NCBI GenBank assembly: GCA_965218435.1
Contig: CBDCKW010000009.1
Location: 3,744,001-3,808,000, forward strand
Length of the DNA: 64,000 nucleotides
DNA from: Truepera sp.
Lineage (GTDB): Bacteria > Deinococcota > Deinococci > Deinococcales > Trueperaceae
Direction: 5' to 3'
Shown: positions 59,421 to 64,000 of the stretch, one piece after another
Position numbering within the stretch: position 1 is the stretch's first letter
Layout: the number at the start of each line of letters is the position of its first letter
Notes under the pieces: generated by a model
The model's input: only the letters and a program-made list of their open reading frames with translations
The model's database searches: none
What the model was told of the DNA's origin: nothing
Translations under genes and position numbers: made by a program

Positions 59421-60254
59421 GTGCCGAACGTCTCCCGCCGCGACTTTTTAGGTTACCTGCTGACCGGCGGGGCCGCGCTCTTGGCGGGCCGTGTTGCGGG
59501 CAACGTCTATCACGCCGAAGTTACGCACCACCGGCTGACGCTGCCCAACCTTAAAGCCCCGCTGCGCGTGGTGCAACTGAGCGACTTGCACTACGGCCCC
59601 TATATTCATGCCGGGTCGGTCAGAACGTGGGTGGCGCAGGCCCAAGCGGAGCAAGCTGACCTCACCGTGATTACCGGCGACCTGGTTGACCGCTGGTTGA
59701 GACGGCCTTTAGAACCGCTGACCGAGGCGCTTGCGGGTCTCAGTGCGCCGCTCGGCGTCTGGGCGTGTTTGGGTAACCACGACCGTGTTCGCTTCAAAGA
59801 CCGTATCGGCGTCCTCGAGGCCGCTCTAGCCGAAGCCGGGGTTACGCTCTTAGTCAATCAGGGTAAGCCACTCCGAGATGACCTTTATCTGGCCGCCGTA
59901 GACGACTACAGCACGGGTTACCCAAACTTGGGGGCAGCCCTTAAAGATGCGCCGGGGCGTATGGCGACGCTGCTACTCTGCCACCAACCCGACTACTTCC
60001 CGCAGATGACCATGCACACCGACCTGACGCTGACTGGACACACGCACGGTGGTCAGGTGCAGCTGCCTTTTATCGGCGCACCGGTCACCTCGTCGGCTTA
60101 CGGCGAGCGTTACCTCGAGGGCTGGGCACCGCCACCCGACCGGCGCTTCGGCAAAGCCTACGTCGTCCGGGGACTGGGTGTGAGCTTTTTGCCGGTGCGT
60201 CTAAATTGTCCGGCAGAGCTGGCGGTATTTGACATTTCTCCCGCAAACCTTTAA
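59421..60254 (+). CDS. Metallophosphoesterase (YkuE/YaeI-like) with Tat signal
   Basis: SRRDFL twin-arginine; SDLH, TGD, GNHD, GHTHGGQ. Confidence 0.92.
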   Translation: MPNVSRRDFLGYLLTGGAALLAGRVAGNVYHAEVTHHRLTLPNLKAPLRVVQLSDLHYGPYIHAGSVRTWVAQAQAEQADLTVITGDLVDRWLRRPLEPLTEALAGLSAPLGVWACLGNHDRVRFKDRIGVLEAALAEAGVTLLVNQGKPLRDDLYLAAVDDYSTGYPNLGAALKDAPGRMATLLLCHQPDYFPQMTMHTDLTLTGHTHGGQVQLPFIGAPVTSSAYGERYLEGWAPPPDRRFGKAYVVRGLGVSFLPVRLNCPAELAVFDISPANL

Positions 60255-60450
60255 GAAGTAAAATGTAAGAAATCTCACATCGTTCTATGAGTAACATGAT
60301 AATAATAGGACAAAATTAACTTCACAAAGGAATAGAACCGCTCAGCGTTCACCTCAACCAAAGTCTGGATAGACACTTGTAAAAGGTAGTTTTCCGGCTT
60401 CTAAACCCTTCTGGCTTGCAGAAAACTGGAGTTGGGTATGAAAAACAGTA

Positions 60451-61425
60451 TTGGTGGTTCGTCGGTGGTTCGTCGGTTTAGGAGTGCCCCTTTTACTTGC
60501 AGCGTGTTCGTCAACCCCTAATTTTAATTCTGAAGTTGCAACAACAGCAGAAAGCGTTGATTATCTAGCTGTCGAGCAGTATAAACCCTCGTTACCCGTT
60601 GTAGACGCGGCTACCTTGTCCGACGAAGCGTTGGCAGAAACAAAGTCCAAAGGTGACAAAAAGGTTCTTAAAGAGTTTAAGTTCAAAGACGGTAGTGTTA
60701 CCAGCTATATAACCGTTGGAGATTACGTTGTCGAGGGCGATCTGTTTTTAGGTACAATCGAGGAATTTGAAAATCAACTCAAGATTAAGAACGACAAGCT
60801 CAGTTCCAATGAACCATTGCTGTCACCTCAAGGTGCGTTTTTAGCTGACGTTAGAAGATGGCCTGGTGGCATTATTTATGTGGATTCGGCACCCTTAACG
60901 CCAACGTTCACGGCCTCCCAGAATCAAGACATTCAAGACGCGATGAATATCTACAACAACCGGACTGATATCAAGTTCAGGTTAGCTTCCAGCGGGAACC
61001 GAATCAAATTCACTAACACTAACAACGGGTGTTATAGCAACTCTTTAGGTATGGCTGGGAACGGCGTCCAGGTTGTGAATCTAGCGGACAACTGTTTTAC
61101 CAGCGCAAATGTGGGTACGATTATCCATGAACTTGGTCACGCCATCGGCATGATTCATGAGCACAATCGTCCAGAGAGGGACAATTATATAACGCCCTCG
61201 AGTAATCTGACTTCCTATGGACTCAGCCAATTTCAAAAGTCTGGGGCAACTGTGTGGAGTACATACGATTATCCATCTGTTATGCACTATCCGAAATATA
61301 CCTATGACACAAAGTTTGTAAAAGATCCTTCAAAGCCTATGTTCACGACTAAAGGGTATACCGGTGTTGTTCGAGGTCCAGGACTCTCGAACAAAGACGT
61401 TAGCACAGTCAACTCAGCTTATTAA
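60451..61425 (+). CDS. Astacin-like (M12A) zinc metalloprotease lipoprotein; 5' end possibly frameshifted
   Basis: Lipobox LAAC, VEGD prodomain motif, HELGHAIGMIHEH, RPERD, SVMHY Met-turn. Confidence 0.88.
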   Translation: MVVRRWFVGLGVPLLLAACSSTPNFNSEVATTAESVDYLAVEQYKPSLPVVDAATLSDEALAETKSKGDKKVLKEFKFKDGSVTSYITVGDYVVEGDLFLGTIEEFENQLKIKNDKLSSNEPLLSPQGAFLADVRRWPGGIIYVDSAPLTPTFTASQNQDIQDAMNIYNNRTDIKFRLASSGNRIKFTNTNNGCYSNSLGMAGNGVQVVNLADNCFTSANVGTIIHELGHAIGMIHEHNRPERDNYITPSSNLTSYGLSQFQKSGATVWSTYDYPSVMHYPKYTYDTKFVKDPSKPMFTTKGYTGVVRGPGLSNKDVSTVNSAY

Positions 61426-61500
61426 TATCTAAGTTCACATCTTAGCTATGTTCATCACTCAAAGATTAAGTGGTGAACATAGTTGTGTCTGGGAGATTAC

Positions 61501-62439
61501 ATGTCCTACAAGTTTGCCTATGTTTTGCTTTCAATCTTCACATTGCTAAGTGCTTGTAACCAAACACCGCCCCCAGAAGTTGGGCCGATAGATTACCGAA
61601 CCGATCCCCGCATTTTGCGCGGCGTCTGGGCAGGTAAGAATGAAAATGGCGTATCCCTGAAACTCAATCTCAAAACGAACGGCCCGACTGAACAGGAGTA
61701 TTTTTTTACAGGGACGTTTAAGTTGGGGGACGCATCAGAGCTTCCTGTTACAGGCCAGGTGGTAACGTCCCTCACAAACGTTCCTCTATCACCTGCTCAG
61801 CAAGCCGATGCGCTACCTTGCGACAAAGATGTTACAGGTGCCATTACTAATTTGCTTGGAAACCCAGTCGAATTGCGATACGACATCTGCGGCACCATAC
61901 CGGCGGGTTCACCTCCAGAATTTCAGATGACGTTAGTGGATCGGAACGGCCCCGAGCCTATCATTAGTAAATTTGTACTCACAAAGCAACCTGATGAACC
62001 TGTGCCAAACTTTCTAGTCAAAGGCACGGTTACGAGGCTTAGAGGCGTGCCTTTTACCTACGATGGCGAGTTCATTTTCACCAAGTCTTCGCGTGCCGTT
62101 GTACAACTCTGGTATTCGGCCTCTTATTTTGGCGATGCGCCAAGGGAATTGGTAAAAGAGATGATAATCAAACCTATCACAAGTCTACCGATCTCGTTTA
62201 AGCTTGAAGGAGACGCTGAAAAGACGTTTGAGCGATTCGGGGACTATTTCCTGATTGTTGGGGTGCTGTCTGATGATAGTGGCGGAACAGGTAAAAATCT
62301 TCGTTTTGCCGCAGGCGATCTCATCAACGAAACCTATACGCCCGTTCTAGCCGCAGGGGTTGAAGTGGATGTTGAAGTTACAGGTCTCGAACCTTGTCCT
62401 CCACCTGGAACTAATGAAGGCGGCCTATGTGCTCCATAG
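61501..62439 (+). CDS. Lipoprotein with possible C-terminal YbaY-like domain
   Basis: GGGAG SD, lipobox LSAC; C-terminal 'VKGTV..VVQL..DAP..I...LPISFKL' pattern. Confidence 0.7.
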   Translation: MSYKFAYVLLSIFTLLSACNQTPPPEVGPIDYRTDPRILRGVWAGKNENGVSLKLNLKTNGPTEQEYFFTGTFKLGDASELPVTGQVVTSLTNVPLSPAQQADALPCDKDVTGAITNLLGNPVELRYDICGTIPAGSPPEFQMTLVDRNGPEPIISKFVLTKQPDEPVPNFLVKGTVTRLRGVPFTYDGEFIFTKSSRAVVQLWYSASYFGDAPRELVKEMIIKPITSLPISFKLEGDAEKTFERFGDYFLIVGVLSDDSGGTGKNLRFAAGDLINETYTPVLAAGVEVDVEVTGLEPCPPPGTNEGGLCAP

Positions 62440-62618
62440 AACCAAGGATTTCGTTATCAGTGTTTGATGAAGTCATTGGTGGAAATGGATGTAGACCTCT
62501 CGAAAATGCTTTTAGCCGTGACGATGGCTCACGGCTAAAAACCATCTAGGAGACGCTACCAAGTTGGGCTCGAGCGCCTTAAAAAGGGAATCAACTCACG
62601 CAAGATAGTTGCGAATGG

Positions 62619-63602
62619 TCAGCCGCCAATCGCGACCATCGTCCGTGTCCGCTGCGTCGGCGTGGTGATTCCTGAAGCGACTTTGCGGTGCGCCGCGACC
62701 AAAAACATCTCCTGAACTGCTCTTATAGGTTCGGTAGCCTGAAGCGCAGGCCGCAGGTCGAACTCGCGGTCATTCAAAAGGCAGGGGCGCAGTTTCGCGT
62801 CCGAGGTTAGCCGCATCCGGCTACAGGCGCCGCAAAAGGGTTCGGAGACCGGGTTGATAAACCCAACTGCACCCTGCCAGCCCGGAACTTTGAACAACCG
62901 TGCCGGGGCGCTCGGGTCGGTGGGCACAGCTTCAAGCGTGCCGAACGCCTCTTCAACCTTTGAACGAATCTCTTTACCTGCGACAAAACTTTCTCTATAC
63001 CGCTCAGCGTCGGCGTTATTGAGGTGCATGTATTCGATAAAGCGCACGTGGAGCGGTAACGTTTCAGTCAGCGCCGCAAGCCGGGTGATTTCCGAATCGT
63101 TGACGCCGCGCATCACGACCGCGTTGATTTTTACGGGGTGCAAACCCAGCGACAGCAGTTTATAGATGCTCTCCCACACGGGTTTGCTGCTGCCCCCGCC
63201 GGTCGCCTGCTTAAACACCCCTTCGTCTACGGCGTCGAGCGAGATGTTGACGCGGTGGAGTCCGGCGGCTAAGAGTTCAGGCAAGCGGCGTTTAAGGAGT
63301 GTGGCGTTGGTGGTAATGGCAATATCTTCGACCCCGGCGTCGCGCGCGTAGGCGATCATTTCGGGGAGTTCTTTACGGAGTAGGGGTTCGCCGCCGGTAA
63401 AGCGAACCGAGCTGACGCCTAAACCGACAGCCGCGTCAATGACGTGTGCGACGTCCGCTACGCTCACCGTGCCGAGTGGGTCTCTGTGGCCCATACCGAG
63501 TGGGTCGCAGTAGCTGCAGCGAAAGTTGCAGCGCGGCGTCACGCTGATTCTCAGGTCGCGGATCACGCGGCCGTAGCTGTCGGTCAGGGGTAACGTGTTC
63601 AC
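62619..63602 (-). CDS. moaA: GTP 3',8-cyclase (molybdenum cofactor biosynthesis)
   Basis: LRISVT, CNFRCSYC, TGGEP, RFIEYM, FCGACSRMRL, C-terminal IGG. Confidence 0.96.
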   Translation of the reverse strand: MNTLPLTDSYGRVIRDLRISVTPRCNFRCSYCDPLGMGHRDPLGTVSVADVAHVIDAAVGLGVSSVRFTGGEPLLRKELPEMIAYARDAGVEDIAITTNATLLKRRLPELLAAGLHRVNISLDAVDEGVFKQATGGGSSKPVWESIYKLLSLGLHPVKINAVVMRGVNDSEITRLAALTETLPLHVRFIEYMHLNNADAERYRESFVAGKEIRSKVEEAFGTLEAVPTDPSAPARLFKVPGWQGAVGFINPVSEPFCGACSRMRLTSDAKLRPCLLNDREFDLRPALQATEPIRAVQEMFLVAAHRKVASGITTPTQRTRTMVAIGG

Positions 63603-63841
63603 GTAAGGTTAAGGCTACCCAATCTGTGGGGGTGAGTCGAGAACCCAGCCGACACTCGGTGACAGTGTGCCTAACCGAGTCGCGTATCGGCGAGCTTAAG
63701 CTGTCCTTGGTTTGTGACTCGTACCACTCAACTTACTTTCATTATGCAAAACGCTCGAGTCCAGAAGGAGTTACTTTTCCGTCCGTCTTCTGGCGTGGTG
63801 TCCGGTAACCTTTTTGCCGGGTAGTCGGTTGGACTCGAGCC

Positions 63842-64000
63842 TCAGACGATGCGAACACGCCGGGTTATTTGCCCATTACTCTCCCAATAGGTGTGTTTGT
63901 TGGCAATCAAGGAGTCGGTTGGAGCTGGTTGAACGTTGCCGTCGGTGTCTACTGCTCGTGAACTGATGTCGTGTTCACCTATAGCAGGATCGTTCCAGTC
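63842..64000 (-). CDS. C-terminus of a sulfite-oxidase-family molybdoenzyme (5' truncated by window edge)
   Basis: Reads DWNDPAIGEHDISSRAVDTDGNVQP...KHTYWESNGQITRRVRIV*. The RA.D..GN.QP motif is typical of the Moco dimerisation domain; lies upstream of moaA. Confidence 0.7.
   Translation of the reverse strand, partial: DWNDPAIGEHDISSRAVDTDGNVQPAPTDSLIANKHTYWESNGQITRRVRIV

Overview
Chromosomal window of a moderately GC-rich bacterium, most likely Deinococcota (Truepera-like). The assignment is inferred from a DdrA/Rad52-type protein, a giant TamB and many leaderless TANNNT-start genes. Housekeeping content: argF-argC-argJ, htrA, a CtpA-type protease, pckA, tamB, acyP-trpC, an M16 peptidase pair, mobA, hemY, SCO, sixA-CYTH, metK, a thiolase, moaA and the 3' end of a sulfite-oxidase-family gene. 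Accessory content: a LacI-controlled galactan-utilisation locus whose GH53 gene is broken by an internal deletion and whose MalF-like permease appears to start at ATC; a MerR-cupin-EamA-two-AKR stress cluster followed by an IS5-family element; and a lower-GC astacin/lipoprotein pair. The best candidates for undescribed biology are three. (1) A ~160-nt structured minus-strand RNA at 44102-44261 whose 5' end is complementary to 16 nt of the 16S rRNA 3' tail. (2) A translationally coupled YcaO plus degenerate CE4 deacetylase pair with no visible precursor peptide. (3) A LexA / unknown / DdrA / two zinc-finger micro-protein cassette containing a perfect G-quadruplex repeat. The palindrome CTCGAG is strongly over-represented in the part counted by hand. 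All calls were made by eye from motifs; no database searches were run.
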